DNA from: a virus
Taxonomy: Duplodnaviria; Caudoviricetes
DNA: 55,574 bases
IMG/VR virus record: IMGVR_UViG_3300033148_008370
Coordinates: 1-55,574 of that record
Direction: 5' to 3' (one strand)
Shown here: piece after piece, positions 8,906 to 19,382 of the stretch
Layout: every line of letters starts with the position of its first letter
Position numbering within the stretch: the first letter of the stretch is position 1
Program-made: the position numbers and the translations under genes
Notes under the pieces: generated by a model
Database searches by the model: none
Told to the model about the DNA's origin: nothing
What the model saw: the letters and a program-made list of their open reading frames with translations, nothing else

Positions 8906-9823
8906 ATGAAACAGCTTTCAGATGTTTATTTTGATAAAACACTGACCAAGTATTCTATTTCATACAAACAGGGTAGTATGATTGGGGATACAATTTGTCC
9001 TTATGTAAAGGTTTCTCAGGAGAGTGGGAGATTTTACAAGTTTGGTAAGGAAGCTTTTTATCCTGAAGATGATTTGAGGAGACCTGGGGCGTTATCAAAT
9101 CAAGTGAGATGGGGAACAAGTTCTGATACTTATGCTTGTGAGGAACATGCATCTCGTATTGTTATTCCTGAGAGGATAGTAAAGAATGCTGATTCAGAAG
9201 TTCAGGTTATGCTGAGAAGCACTGAGACTGTGGTTAATAAGGTTAAGATTAATAGGGAGAAGAGGATTAAAGAGCTTCTTGTTGATTCTGGCACATTTAA
9301 CAGCACAACTCTTAATGCAGCTTCTAAGTGGGATAATTATACTGGAGCGACTTCTCATCCATTTCAGAATGTCGCAGATGCGGCAGAGGCTGTAAGAAGT
9401 TCTATAAATATGTATCCTACTCATATAATAATTCCTGCTGAGGTTGCACATGAGTTGTCTAATCATCCTGATTATATTGATAGAGTCAAATATACTCATG
9501 ATAATCTCATAACTGTTTCAGGGATACCGAAAACATTTATGGGAATGAAAGTTTTAATTCCTTCGTGTTCTACTAAATCAAGTGAAGATGGTACGACTTC
9601 ATCAACTTCTCTCTGGGGAGACAATGTAATTGTAATTTATGTCAACTCCAGACCTGGACTGAATTCTATTAATACTATAAATACATTCGCTACTGTTCTT
9701 GGTAAAATTAGAAAATGGTTTTATGAGGATAGAAGATGCTACAATATTGAATTCTCTCAGATACTACAAGAGAAAGTTGTAGTTAGTGGTGGTGCTTATA
9801 TCATCAAAGATGTTCTGACATAG
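8906..9823 (+). CDS. Major capsid protein (HK97 fold, gpE-like)
   Basis: 305 aa; LTKYSISY, REKRI, KWDN, HPD motifs; position; followed by terminator. Confidence 0.85.
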   Translation: MKQLSDVYFDKTLTKYSISYKQGSMIGDTICPYVKVSQESGRFYKFGKEAFYPEDDLRRPGALSNQVRWGTSSDTYACEEHASRIVIPERIVKNADSEVQVMLRSTETVVNKVKINREKRIKELLVDSGTFNSTTLNAASKWDNYTGATSHPFQNVADAAEAVRSSINMYPTHIIIPAEVAHELSNHPDYIDRVKYTHDNLITVSGIPKTFMGMKVLIPSCSTKSSEDGTTSSTSLWGDNVIVIYVNSRPGLNSINTINTFATVLGKIRKWFYEDRRCYNIEFSQILQEKVVVSGGAYIIKDVLT

Positions 9824-9829
9824 TTCTGT

Positions 9830-9859
9830 GGGGGTGTAAAAACCCCCTTTCTTTTTTTT
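9830..9859 (+). terminator. Intrinsic terminator after major capsid gene
   Basis: GGGGGT-GTAAAA-ACCCCC followed by T tract. Confidence 0.75.
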
Positions 9860-9874
9860 ATTTTGAGGTGTTTT

Positions 9875-10381
9875 ATGGCTTATTGCACTGTTGATGATGT
9901 GTATTCTGTTGGTCTTCATGGGGGTGATTCTTTTACAGACACTACCAATCCAACAATTGCACAAGTAAATGAATGGATAAGCAAGATTGCAAGAAAGATT
10001 GATGCAAGGCTTAGTGCTTCAGGTGTTACTACTCCTGTATCTCAGGTAGATTCTCCAAAAGCATTTAATTTGCTTAAGGATCTTAATGCTTTTGGGACTG
10101 CTGTTTATGTTGAGATGATGAACGCTAATAGGTGGGGATCAGATGATGAGAGGAAGACATTAAAGATACTTTTAAATGAGTATGAGGAATGGCTGAAGGA
10201 GTATGAGGAATTCCCAGTGAGGCTTGAAGATGCTGTGTTATCAAACAAGCATCATTTATTAGAGACAGCAGAGGAGAACATCATTTGGAGTGGAACATCA
10301 GAAATTTATGATTATTCTCATGTCAATGAAATGAGTGAAGGAGATTTGAAGCCATTTTTTAGGCATGATACAGAATATTGA
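9875..10381 (+). CDS. Head-tail connector/adaptor
   Basis: MAYCTVDDV start and IDARL motif; SD GAGGTG favours ATG 9875. Confidence 0.75.
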   Translation: MAYCTVDDVYSVGLHGGDSFTDTTNPTIAQVNEWISKIARKIDARLSASGVTTPVSQVDSPKAFNLLKDLNAFGTAVYVEMMNANRWGSDDERKTLKILLNEYEEWLKEYEEFPVRLEDAVLSNKHHLLETAEENIIWSGTSEIYDYSHVNEMSEGDLKPFFRHDTEY

Positions 10382-10396
10382 TCTAAAGGAGTTTGA

Positions 10397-11389
10397 ATGA
10401 TGAGAAAAAAGAAAATTCTGATAACAGGGGGAGCTGGGTTTCAGGGTAGTAATCTCTGCAAGTATTTAAATGAGAATAGGGATTATGAAATTACAATTTT
10501 GTCTTCTCATTCAGAGAGATCAAAACTGAATATTGAGAGATTTGGGTTGGGGAAATTTTCTTCTATTATTTTTGGATCAATTACAGATCCAATTTTAGTT
10601 GAGAAGACAGTGAGGGATCATGATATAGTATTTCATCTTGCATCAAATATACATGTGGATGAGAGTATAAAGTATCCAGTTAGATTTTTCCAGAATAATG
10701 TTATTGGGACTGTTAATATATTGGAAGCATGTAGGGAACATAATATTCCTATAGTTCACATCTCATCATGTGAGATTTATGGTGGATGTAGATTATGTCC
10801 TAAGAGGGATAGATGTGATAGGAGGATAAATGAGACCTGTCCCCAGAAACCTCAGAGTCCTTATGCGTCAAGTAAGGCTGGTGCTGAGAATGCTGTTTTT
10901 GCTTATGGGCAAACATACAAAATCCCATTCATTATTGTTCGTCCCTTCAATGTATATGGGAGAGGACAGAGATATGGAAAAAGGGGTGCTGTAATTCCAA
11001 TATTCACAATGAGAGCTCTTAAAGGGGAGGATATAGAGATTTATGGGGATGGAAAACAAGGAAGAGATTTTATATGTATAGATGATTTAGTAAGAGCTTA
11101 TGACTTAATTATATATAATTTCTTTAATAGACCTTCTCTTGTTAGAAATAAAATTTTTAATGTAGGTAGTAGTAGGAGTGTCAGCATAAATGAGCTTGCT
11201 CATAAAATAAACAATATTGCAGGGAATAAGAGTAGAATTGTTCATAGAGAAGGGAGAAGAGGAGAAGTAGATAATTTTGTGTCTGATAATTCTAAGATAA
11301 ATTCCATTGGATTTTTTACAAGATTTGATATAGGGAGTGGACTTGCTGAATATATTCAGTGGTTTAATGAAAATGAACTGGTGATTTAA
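10397..11389 (+). CDS. NAD-dependent nucleotide-sugar epimerase/dehydratase (extended SDR)
   Basis: ITGGAGFQG, HLAS, SSCEIYG, YASSK, RPFNVYG, GDGKQGRDF. Confidence 0.92.
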   Translation: MMRKKKILITGGAGFQGSNLCKYLNENRDYEITILSSHSERSKLNIERFGLGKFSSIIFGSITDPILVEKTVRDHDIVFHLASNIHVDESIKYPVRFFQNNVIGTVNILEACREHNIPIVHISSCEIYGGCRLCPKRDRCDRRINETCPQKPQSPYASSKAGAENAVFAYGQTYKIPFIIVRPFNVYGRGQRYGKRGAVIPIFTMRALKGEDIEIYGDGKQGRDFICIDDLVRAYDLIIYNFFNRPSLVRNKIFNVGSSRSVSINELAHKINNIAGNKSRIVHREGRRGEVDNFVSDNSKINSIGFFTRFDIGSGLAEYIQWFNENELVI

Positions 11390-11391
11390 AC

Positions 11392-12669
11392 ATGAAAAAA
11401 ATTGTGCTCATAAATCCTCCTCAGTTACAACTCTTTAATCCTCTTTCATATCCTCCATTATCCTTGATGTATATTGCTTCATCTCTTGAAGAAAAAGGTT
11501 ATGATGTAGAAATTCACAATCAACCTCACAAATCATTTGAAGATCAAAAAGATGAAATTCCTGATGGGAATATTTATGGAATAACAACTACTACAGCAAC
11601 TCTATATGAGACAAGAAAAATAGTTAGTTTTTTAAAGAAAAGAAATCCAGATTCTATAACAGTGGTAGGGGGTGTTCATGCAACTGTAAATCCTGAAGAG
11701 ACAAAACAGATTACAGATGCTGATTATATATTTTCTGGAGAGGGAGAGATTCTTTTCCCTAAAGTATGCAAGAATTTGAGTAAAAAGGGAGGGATACTGA
11801 GAGCTGAGAGAATTTCTGTTGATCAACTTAATATGCTTCCATTTCCAGCTCGTCATCTTATCAAAAAATCAGTAATTCAGGATGAATCAGGTATTCATCT
11901 ATCTGGGAAATATAAAAAAAATAATTATGCAACAACTATTATTTCTTCAAGAGGTTGCCCTTATAACTGTGCATTCTGTTGTAAAACATGTGTAACAAGT
12001 GGTTTTCGTTATCGTTCAGTAGATAATTTTTTCAAAGAACTTATTCATCTTAGAGATAAATATGATATTCATCAGTTTAGGATTATTGATGATGCTTTTA
12101 CAACAAATAAGAAGCGTGTTCTGTCACTAATGGAGAGGACAAAAGGAGAAGAATTATATTTTACAACTATATTGAGAGCTGATTCTATTGATTCTAAGGA
12201 TATGTTGTATAGGATGTGTGATGGAGGTGTGAGGATAATTTCAATAGGTGTTGAATCAGCAAGTCAGAAGATTCTTAATATAATAAATAAGAGAGAAAGT
12301 ATTGATGAGATAAAGAGGGTTATAAGATGGTGTAAGGAAGTAGGAATAAAGATAAAGGTATTTTTCATATTTGGTCTGCCTGGTGAGACACTTGAAACAG
12401 TAGAAATGACAAAGAGATTTTTCAGGGAGATGAAACCAGATATGTTTACATTATCTTCTTTTGTTCCATTACCAGGGAGTGCAATATATGAGAATCCAGA
12501 GAGATTTGGCTTGAAGCCAAGATATAATAGAGGGGAATATGAGAATTTTTGGTTTTATTGGGAACCAGAAGACATAGATAAAGGTTTCTTTTTTGATATG
12601 CCATTAGAACTGAGGAAGGCAAGAGGGGATCTGATTAGATATTTGAGATTGGGAGAATGGAGGAAGTAG
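11392..12669 (+). CDS. Cobalamin-binding radical SAM enzyme
   Basis: YPPLSL, GGVHAT, GEGE, SRGCPYNCAFC, GVES, GLPGET. Confidence 0.92.
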   Translation: MKKIVLINPPQLQLFNPLSYPPLSLMYIASSLEEKGYDVEIHNQPHKSFEDQKDEIPDGNIYGITTTTATLYETRKIVSFLKKRNPDSITVVGGVHATVNPEETKQITDADYIFSGEGEILFPKVCKNLSKKGGILRAERISVDQLNMLPFPARHLIKKSVIQDESGIHLSGKYKKNNYATTIISSRGCPYNCAFCCKTCVTSGFRYRSVDNFFKELIHLRDKYDIHQFRIIDDAFTTNKKRVLSLMERTKGEELYFTTILRADSIDSKDMLYRMCDGGVRIISIGVESASQKILNIINKRESIDEIKRVIRWCKEVGIKIKVFFIFGLPGETLETVEMTKRFFREMKPDMFTLSSFVPLPGSAIYENPERFGLKPRYNRGEYENFWFYWEPEDIDKGFFFDMPLELRKARGDLIRYLRLGEWRK

Positions 12670-13346
12670 TTGTGAAATCTGTTCTTATCATTATCAATAA
12701 CAAAGATGATGCAGAATATTTGCCTGATGTGTTAGATTCCATTGTAGGTCAAATTAATCAGGATTTTAGCATAGTTGGGATTGATGCTGGTAGTAAGGAT
12801 GAGTCAGCTGATATTTATAATCAGTATGATGTTCCAGTTGTAGATTGCACAGGTCTTAATCAAGCTCAGTCTGTTAATAAAGTTCTGAGAATGACAGATG
12901 AGCCTTTCATTGGTTGGATAAATGCTGATGACATATATAAGGAGAATTATATTTCTTCTCATTTATATGAATTCAAAGACCCTACAGTAGGTATAGTCTA
13001 TAGTGATTATGATATTTTTTGGCAAGAATTTCCAGCAAGAAGAAAAATTAGAACCAGAATTGGAAATATTGATAAATTATTCAAGGAAGGTAAAAATCCT
13101 ATAGCACATCCAACTGTGATGATTAGAAGAAGTGTTTTTGATAGAATTGGTTTGTTAGATGAGTCGTTGACTTATGTTATTGATTATGAATTCTGGCTAA
13201 GGGCATGGAAAAATAATGTGAAGTTTAAACATATTGTTTATTCAACTGCTGAGTTTAGAGTGAGAAAGGACAGTCTTACAAACACAAGGAGAGAATGTAT
13301 TCTGGCTGAAATGAAGCAGGTTCAGAGAAGATATCTGGGTGGATGA
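12657..13346 (+). CDS. Glycosyltransferase family 2 (GT-A)
   Basis: IDAGSKD, WINADD, DYEFWLR. Confidence 0.88.
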   Translation: MEEVVVKSVLIIINNKDDAEYLPDVLDSIVGQINQDFSIVGIDAGSKDESADIYNQYDVPVVDCTGLNQAQSVNKVLRMTDEPFIGWINADDIYKENYISSHLYEFKDPTVGIVYSDYDIFWQEFPARRKIRTRIGNIDKLFKEGKNPIAHPTVMIRRSVFDRIGLLDESLTYVIDYEFWLRAWKNNVKFKHIVYSTAEFRVRKDSLTNTRRECILAEMKQVQRRYLGG

Positions 13347-14341
13347 TGATGAAAAAAATTCTTTATGTAGTATCAACAGCTCTCATTGGGGGCGTTGAGA
13401 AACTGGTTGAGCGTCTCGGGAGAGATCTGAGTCATAGATATAAGATTGATGTTGCAGTCATCGGAAGTAATGGTTCCCTGCTCAGTAATTATAATAAGAT
13501 ATTCAATCATGTGTGGGATATATGGGCTCACAAGTGTGCAGGTAGGATAAATCTCAGAGATATTCCCAATATGCTTCCTCTTGCTAATTATGAGATTATT
13601 CATATTTTCAATCATTTTGCACTTTCTAAGATATTAGCTGAGAAAAATGTAAGTAAGATGGTTCAGTCTATTCATTTTCATCCAGATGCAATGAAAACTG
13701 AATATAGGGAAATGCTTATAGAGAATCAAAATTTATTTAAATCTATAATAGTAGATTCTAAGCTTCATAGCTATTTAACACATTATGTTTACATACCTAA
13801 TTTTGTTGATACTGATTTCTGGTTTTCTAAAGATGGGAATCAGAATAGGATAATATGGGTTGGAAAATTCAATGATGTTAAGAATTATAAACTGCTAATG
13901 AAAATTATTGATATAACAAATAGAGAATTTATTATTGTAGATGGTTTATCTTGGCTTCTAACATCTAAGGAATATAAAAAAATAATTAAGAGGAAGTATG
14001 GGAATAGGGTAAAGATTTATACTGAGGTTGATGAAAATGTTTTAAGAAATCTTTATCAGGAGTCAAGTCATATGTTAATAACTTCTAAATATGAGGGAAC
14101 TCCATTATCATTACTTGAAGCAATGTCATGTGGAGTAATTCCTGTGTCAACTCCTGTTGGTAATATTCCAAATATTATTAAGCATGGTAAGAATGGTTTT
14201 ATTTATAATTCTTGTGATGAAGCAATTAATTATCTCAGCTATTATTCTGATAAAATGAAAAGGAAAGCAAGAGAAGAAATGGTAAAGAATTTTAGTCAGG
14301 AAGAAATTATTTCAAAATACTTTGAGGTTTATGAAAAATGA
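13343..14341 (+). CDS. Glycosyltransferase family 4 (GT-B)
   Basis: GGVEK; EGTPLSLLEAMSCG (EX7E). Confidence 0.9.
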   Translation: MMMKKILYVVSTALIGGVEKLVERLGRDLSHRYKIDVAVIGSNGSLLSNYNKIFNHVWDIWAHKCAGRINLRDIPNMLPLANYEIIHIFNHFALSKILAEKNVSKMVQSIHFHPDAMKTEYREMLIENQNLFKSIIVDSKLHSYLTHYVYIPNFVDTDFWFSKDGNQNRIIWVGKFNDVKNYKLLMKIIDITNREFIIVDGLSWLLTSKEYKKIIKRKYGNRVKIYTEVDENVLRNLYQESSHMLITSKYEGTPLSLLEAMSCGVIPVSTPVGNIPNIIKHGKNGFIYNSCDEAINYLSYYSDKMKRKAREEMVKNFSQEEIISKYFEVYEK

Positions 14342-15387
14342 AAGTAAATGTTGAAGAATTATGGAAAAATACTTATATAATTGGTAGAGAAAATTCTTGC
14401 AGGAGGAGTATATATAGTTTAGGTATTGCACATCTTCAGACTGCCAAACTATTCAATTCTGGTAAATTTCCATATTATAAGGAGACTCCATCATATAAGA
14501 TGTTTATGTCTCATGGTTATGAGAAGATGTTTGGTATGTCTTCAGCTGAGGAATTTCTAAGAGGTTATATGAAGCAGTTTGCTGATAATTTTAAGTCAAT
14601 TAAGAAATATGGATACAGATCAGATAGGAGTAGGATCTCCATTGATACGATTGGTGGTAAGCAGTTTCTGATTGATGGTAACAGGAGAATTGCTTCTATT
14701 ATGGCAATTGGTGAGCAAAGAGAAATAGAAGTTATGGAAGGTGAACATAGATTTAGAAGAGAAAATGTAGAGAAATATCTCAGGAATTTAGCTTTACAGA
14801 GTCCTTTTATAAAGAATGACAAACATATACTTTATCAGCCAACTTTAGGATTTACAGAGAACAATGACCCATGTAGGACTGAAGAGTTCAGAAAAATGAA
14901 AAGATGTATATTAAGAGGGATAGGTGATACTAAAGGAAAGCTTATTCTTGATGTTGGTTCTTGTTTTGGTTATTTTTCCTTTGCTTTAGCTCAGCTTGGT
15001 TCATATGTAGTAGGGGTTGAGAGGAATAATAATAGAGTTGAAGCTTCTCGTTTAATTTCTGGTTATTATAAGTTGGACTGGTCTAATCCCAAGTTTATCT
15101 GTGCTGACATTTCAGATTATATGAAAGAATCTGATATGAATTATGATATTGTTCTTATGATTAGTATATTCCATTATCTGTGTAGAGAGAATTTAGAAAA
15201 TGCATGGAAGGTTATTAATAAACTTGCTGAGAGATCAGATAAGATCATATTGTGCATGGATCATAATGGGATAATTGAGAGTCAGGAAAATGTTAGAGAT
15301 TTTATTCTTGGTAATTCAGTTCTGAAGAATGCTGAATTTCTTGGTAAAGTTTATAATAATAGGCTTCTTTATTCTTTTTCAAGGTAG
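14338..15387 (+). CDS. ParB/Srx-like domain fused to class I SAM methyltransferase
   Basis: SIKKYGY...LIDGNRRIA; ILDVGSCFGYFS...VGVE. Confidence 0.75.
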   Translation: MKVNVEELWKNTYIIGRENSCRRSIYSLGIAHLQTAKLFNSGKFPYYKETPSYKMFMSHGYEKMFGMSSAEEFLRGYMKQFADNFKSIKKYGYRSDRSRISIDTIGGKQFLIDGNRRIASIMAIGEQREIEVMEGEHRFRRENVEKYLRNLALQSPFIKNDKHILYQPTLGFTENNDPCRTEEFRKMKRCILRGIGDTKGKLILDVGSCFGYFSFALAQLGSYVVGVERNNNRVEASRLISGYYKLDWSNPKFICADISDYMKESDMNYDIVLMISIFHYLCRENLENAWKVINKLAERSDKIILCMDHNGIIESQENVRDFILGNSVLKNAEFLGKVYNNRLLYSFSR

Positions 15388-15395
15388 TCTGTAAT

Positions 15396-16460
15396 ATGAA
15401 AAATGTGAGAAAAAAGAAAATTGTTTGGACTGTAGATTTTTGTTCAAAAGACCCTGATTTTTGGGTAAAGAAAAATGATTCTTTTCAAGAGTCTTTGATT
15501 TATTTGACTAAATTTTTTGATGTTCATATTGTAGCTTTACATATTAACAGCAATAAAGACTGTATGATAAATGGAGTTAATTATCATTTCTGTCTCAATA
15601 TGAATGAAATGATTGGAAAAGTTGTCAGGATAAGACCTGATATCATCAACATGTGGGGATTTGAGAGACCTATAAATAAAATGATTATATCTCATAGGCG
15701 TTTGGTAAATGTTGCTAAGACTGTTTATATAGTTGGAGAGGATACAATTAATTGTAGGGGAGATTTTCCTTATTGTTCAAGGGTTTTTGTTTCAACAGAG
15801 GGTCAGAAGAGAATATTAGAAAGGGAAACTCTTTATCCAAATAAGCAGATAGTAGTAGCTTCTTGGACAGCGACGAACATATATAATTTTAAGGATTATA
15901 CTAAACAGGATAGATATGATGTGATATATGTTTCAGACTGGAAGAGGATGAAGAGACAGCATTTACTTTTAGAAGCATTAAACCTGAGAGAATTCAAATA
16001 TGATAGAATATGTTTTCTTGGCGATATTAGGGATGTCAGGTATTTTAATGAACATAAAAACAAAATTGAGAATAATAGTGAGGGTGGATATATAGAAATA
16101 ATTCATAGAGTTCCAGGGTATGCTGTGTCTAATTATTATCATGAATCAAAGATAGCAGTTCAGCTTTCATCAAGTGAAGGGGGTTCACGTGTTGTTGCAG
16201 AAGTTCTTTCATCAGGTGTTCCTTTGATTGTATGCAATGACTGTCAATCAAATGTAGATCAGGTTAAAGATGGGGTAAATGGATTTGTAGTTGAACCTAC
16301 TCCAATGGCAATATCTAAGAAGATTAAACTGTTATTATCAAATAAAGATTTGAGGAAAAAGGTAGGTTTGAGAGCTTTAGAAATGGCAAAGAAGACTATG
16401 TCAAGTTATTCGATGAGAGTTGTGTTTGAGAGGGAATTCAAAAAAATTGTTTTTGAGTAA
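15396..16460 (+). CDS. Glycosyltransferase family 4-like (GT-B)
   Basis: EGGSRVVAEVLSSGVP; DGVNGFVV. Confidence 0.85.
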   Translation: MKNVRKKKIVWTVDFCSKDPDFWVKKNDSFQESLIYLTKFFDVHIVALHINSNKDCMINGVNYHFCLNMNEMIGKVVRIRPDIINMWGFERPINKMIISHRRLVNVAKTVYIVGEDTINCRGDFPYCSRVFVSTEGQKRILERETLYPNKQIVVASWTATNIYNFKDYTKQDRYDVIYVSDWKRMKRQHLLLEALNLREFKYDRICFLGDIRDVRYFNEHKNKIENNSEGGYIEIIHRVPGYAVSNYYHESKIAVQLSSSEGGSRVVAEVLSSGVPLIVCNDCQSNVDQVKDGVNGFVVEPTPMAISKKIKLLLSNKDLRKKVGLRALEMAKKTMSSYSMRVVFEREFKKIVFE

Positions 16461-16468
16461 GGAGTCTG

Positions 16469-17533
16469 TTGTCAATGATACAATTTAAATATGCACTGTT
16501 TGGTTTTTTTGGATATGGTGCAAAAGCTGATGACATGATCAGAGCTATTACAGAAGATATGATTAGAGAATCTCTTGGATATGTAGATATAATTACAAGA
16601 GTTAACACAAATATACCTTGTTCTCCAGATAAGATAGCCAGATATTTAAATTTAAATTGTGATGGAGTGATACTTGGTGGAGGTAGTTTGCTTGGGAGAT
16701 TGAGATTACCTCCATTTGATACTATAGAACAGTGGGGAAATGACCTTCAGATACCTCTTATAATTCTTGGAACAGGGTGGAGGGAAGAGAAGAAACCTCT
16801 TACAAAGGAGGAGAGAAGTAAGACTAAATTTCTTATAAATAGAGCTGATTATGTTGGAGTTAGGGGATATTATAGTTTAGAGAAGATAAAGGGTAATCAT
16901 CTGCCATATAAGAAGGTTAATGTGATTGGAGATCCAGGATTATGTTATATAAATAGATTTGGCAAATGTAAGTTAGATAATAAGTCTATGGGTGTAGTTG
17001 TTAGAAACATGTCACAAGTTGAGATAGAACAGGATGATAGAATAGGTAGCAATATGAGGATGTTTTCTATATTTGCCCAAATACTTGATAACGCAAGAGA
17101 AGAGGGATATGATATATATTTCTTTCCATTTTCTTCTAAGAATAGAACTACTGATAATGATTATATTGCTATGGGGCAAGTTCAGGCATTTATGAAATAT
17201 CCAAGTAGTCTTATTCAGGTTAATTTACCATTAGAACAAATGGTTGCATTTATGGGGAATATGGATTTTGTAGTATCTCAGAGATTACATGGAAGTTTGT
17301 TATCTCTTGTTCAAGGTGTTCCAATAATGCCAATTGAATATCAGTTTAATAAGTTGGAAGATTCTCTAAGTTTAGATGGATTTGAGGAAGTCAGGGATGA
17401 TATAATTGATGCAGGTGAATTCAGTTTGAAAGAGTATAGGGAATGGAGAAGGAAGAATAGGAAGTATGATGTAAGGAAAGCATGTCAGCAGGTGAGGAGG
17501 AATTATATTGAGATTATCAAGAAATGCCTTTAA
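16469..17533 (+). CDS. Polysaccharide pyruvyl transferase family protein
   Basis: GFFGYG..DD, ILGGGSL, VGVRG, GDPG, RLHG. Confidence 0.85.
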   Translation: MSMIQFKYALFGFFGYGAKADDMIRAITEDMIRESLGYVDIITRVNTNIPCSPDKIARYLNLNCDGVILGGGSLLGRLRLPPFDTIEQWGNDLQIPLIILGTGWREEKKPLTKEERSKTKFLINRADYVGVRGYYSLEKIKGNHLPYKKVNVIGDPGLCYINRFGKCKLDNKSMGVVVRNMSQVEIEQDDRIGSNMRMFSIFAQILDNAREEGYDIYFFPFSSKNRTTDNDYIAMGQVQAFMKYPSSLIQVNLPLEQMVAFMGNMDFVVSQRLHGSLLSLVQGVPIMPIEYQFNKLEDSLSLDGFEEVRDDIIDAGEFSLKEYREWRRKNRKYDVRKACQQVRRNYIEIIKKCL

Positions 17534-18236
17534 AGTTGGTATAATGCTTCCTGTTCGAAATAGAGCAAGAATTCTTCCATTTACATTAGAGAAGATTAAG
17601 GAACAGAATTATGATCTTAAATCATTAGGAATAAAGTTTCTTATTAATGATTCAGAAGATAGAAGTTTAGATATAGCAGATGAGTTTTGTGCCAATATGA
17701 GGGATAGGATGTATAGATGTGATATTATAGAAATGAAATGCAATATGTGTAGGGATATAAGGAATGATAGAAGACATAATGGAATGCTTCACCACATGGC
17801 TTTTTTGAAAAATACTTTATTCAGTTCTATGGTAAATGATGGATATGATTATTTGATGTATATGGATAGTGATATATTACTTGGTAATGATACAGTAAGA
17901 AGACTTGTAGATTTTGGAAAGGATATTACAGCACCTCTATTAGACATTGTCTCAGGACATTATAATTACTTTATGTGGGATAGAGAAACAGGAAAATATA
18001 AGAGAGGTCATAAGTATCCTGAGAAGCGTTTTATTTGTGATTATACCTGTGGATGTTATATAATAAAGGGGAATATGTTTAAATTTGTAAAATTTGGACA
18101 TGAAAATCAATTAGGTGATGATGATACACTGATGAGGATATGTAGGGAGAAAGGAATAAAAATCTGGATGATACCAAATTTAGGTGTAAGACACATCTAT
18201 GACATTGACAGATTCCTGATGGAGAATAAAAGATGA
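17508..18236 (+). CDS. Glycosyltransferase family 2-like (GT-A)
   Basis: LPVRNR, NDSED, YMDSD (DxD), GDD. Confidence 0.8.
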   Translation: MRLSRNAFKVGIMLPVRNRARILPFTLEKIKEQNYDLKSLGIKFLINDSEDRSLDIADEFCANMRDRMYRCDIIEMKCNMCRDIRNDRRHNGMLHHMAFLKNTLFSSMVNDGYDYLMYMDSDILLGNDTVRRLVDFGKDITAPLLDIVSGHYNYFMWDRETGKYKRGHKYPEKRFICDYTCGCYIIKGNMFKFVKFGHENQLGDDDTLMRICREKGIKIWMIPNLGVRHIYDIDRFLMENKR

Positions 18237-18778
18237 GAAAGAGACATCTTGACATAACTGTTACTTTTTATGATTTGAACAATAAGAAACATTATGACTC
18301 TTCAACTTGGATTCAGTCCAGTATTAAGAGTATAAGGCAGGATTTGTTTGATCCAGATTTAGAATATGATAAAGCTTTTCTTCAGGTTGCTGATTTGATA
18401 AGAAATTCAATTGCTGAGTGTTTTGAAACAGAATCAAGTCCAAGGGGTGAACCTTGGGAACCAAGAGTAAATGAAGAATCGTGGCCACTATTAAGGAAGA
18501 CAAATGCTATGTATGAATCAGTAGTGTTTGGTGAAGCAGAGATGACAAAGAGTCAGATGATATTGGATATAAATCCCAATAAAGTTCCATATACTATTGT
18601 TCATCAGATGGGAAGTATAATGAGACATATACCTCCAAGACCATTCTGGATTCCACTTCATGAGAATATAGACATGAAGAGGAAGATTAAGAATATAATT
18701 ATAGATTATGGGATTACAAAGGGAGGCAAGTCTAAGAGAACGGCAAGAAGAAGGAAACATGCATTTTGGAATAGGTGA
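18233..18778 (+). CDS. Virion morphogenesis/tail completion protein (Mu gpG-like)
   Basis: FETESSPRGEPW, VHQMG, IPPRPF. Confidence 0.8.
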   Translation: MRKRHLDITVTFYDLNNKKHYDSSTWIQSSIKSIRQDLFDPDLEYDKAFLQVADLIRNSIAECFETESSPRGEPWEPRVNEESWPLLRKTNAMYESVVFGEAEMTKSQMILDINPNKVPYTIVHQMGSIMRHIPPRPFWIPLHENIDMKRKIKNIIIDYGITKGGKSKRTARRRKHAFWNR

Positions 18779-18787
18779 TGACTGAAA

Positions 18788-19345
18788 GTGGAAATTTTGA
18801 CTACAAGAATAATAGACACATTGAAGCAGGATCTACCAGATATGCTGAAAGTTTTTAGTGATTATTATTCTGCTGAAGATGTTGCTTTATATGGTGAAGA
18901 GATTCCATTACCAGCACCTCCTTCTGATAATTGTTATTTTTATGGTTCAGCTATGGCTGTTATATCAGATTATCCTGCCATAGAGGTTATTCCTTTAGGA
19001 TATGAAGTAAAGGACAATGGTAGTGTTAATAGAAGTGGATTTCTTTATGAGCTACATGAATTTCTTGTTGTATGCAGGTTCAGGTATTCTCGTTCAGAGG
19101 AACCAGAGAGAATAACAAAGGGGAGTTTTAGATTTACCAGAGCTGTTGAAAAGGTTCTGAAGAACAATCCAGGGCTTGCAATACCATCTACTGCTGAAGA
19201 CCCTATAGGACATTCTGTAGAAATTACTGATGTAAATTTTTATAATAATGTGCCAATTAAATCTATGTTTTTCAAGAAGTCAGACTTGAGAGTTGTTTAT
19301 AAGACATTGAACCTGATGGACAACAGATTGGGTCATGGTTTATGA
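18788..19345 (+). CDS. Probable tail terminator
   Basis: Position before major tail gene; YPAIEV motif. Confidence 0.55.
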   Translation: MEILTTRIIDTLKQDLPDMLKVFSDYYSAEDVALYGEEIPLPAPPSDNCYFYGSAMAVISDYPAIEVIPLGYEVKDNGSVNRSGFLYELHEFLVVCRFRYSRSEEPERITKGSFRFTRAVEKVLKNNPGLAIPSTAEDPIGHSVEITDVNFYNNVPIKSMFFKKSDLRVVYKTLNLMDNRLGHGL

Positions 19346-19382
19346 TGACAATTTAAAAAAAATCATTTAAGGAGGAATAAAA

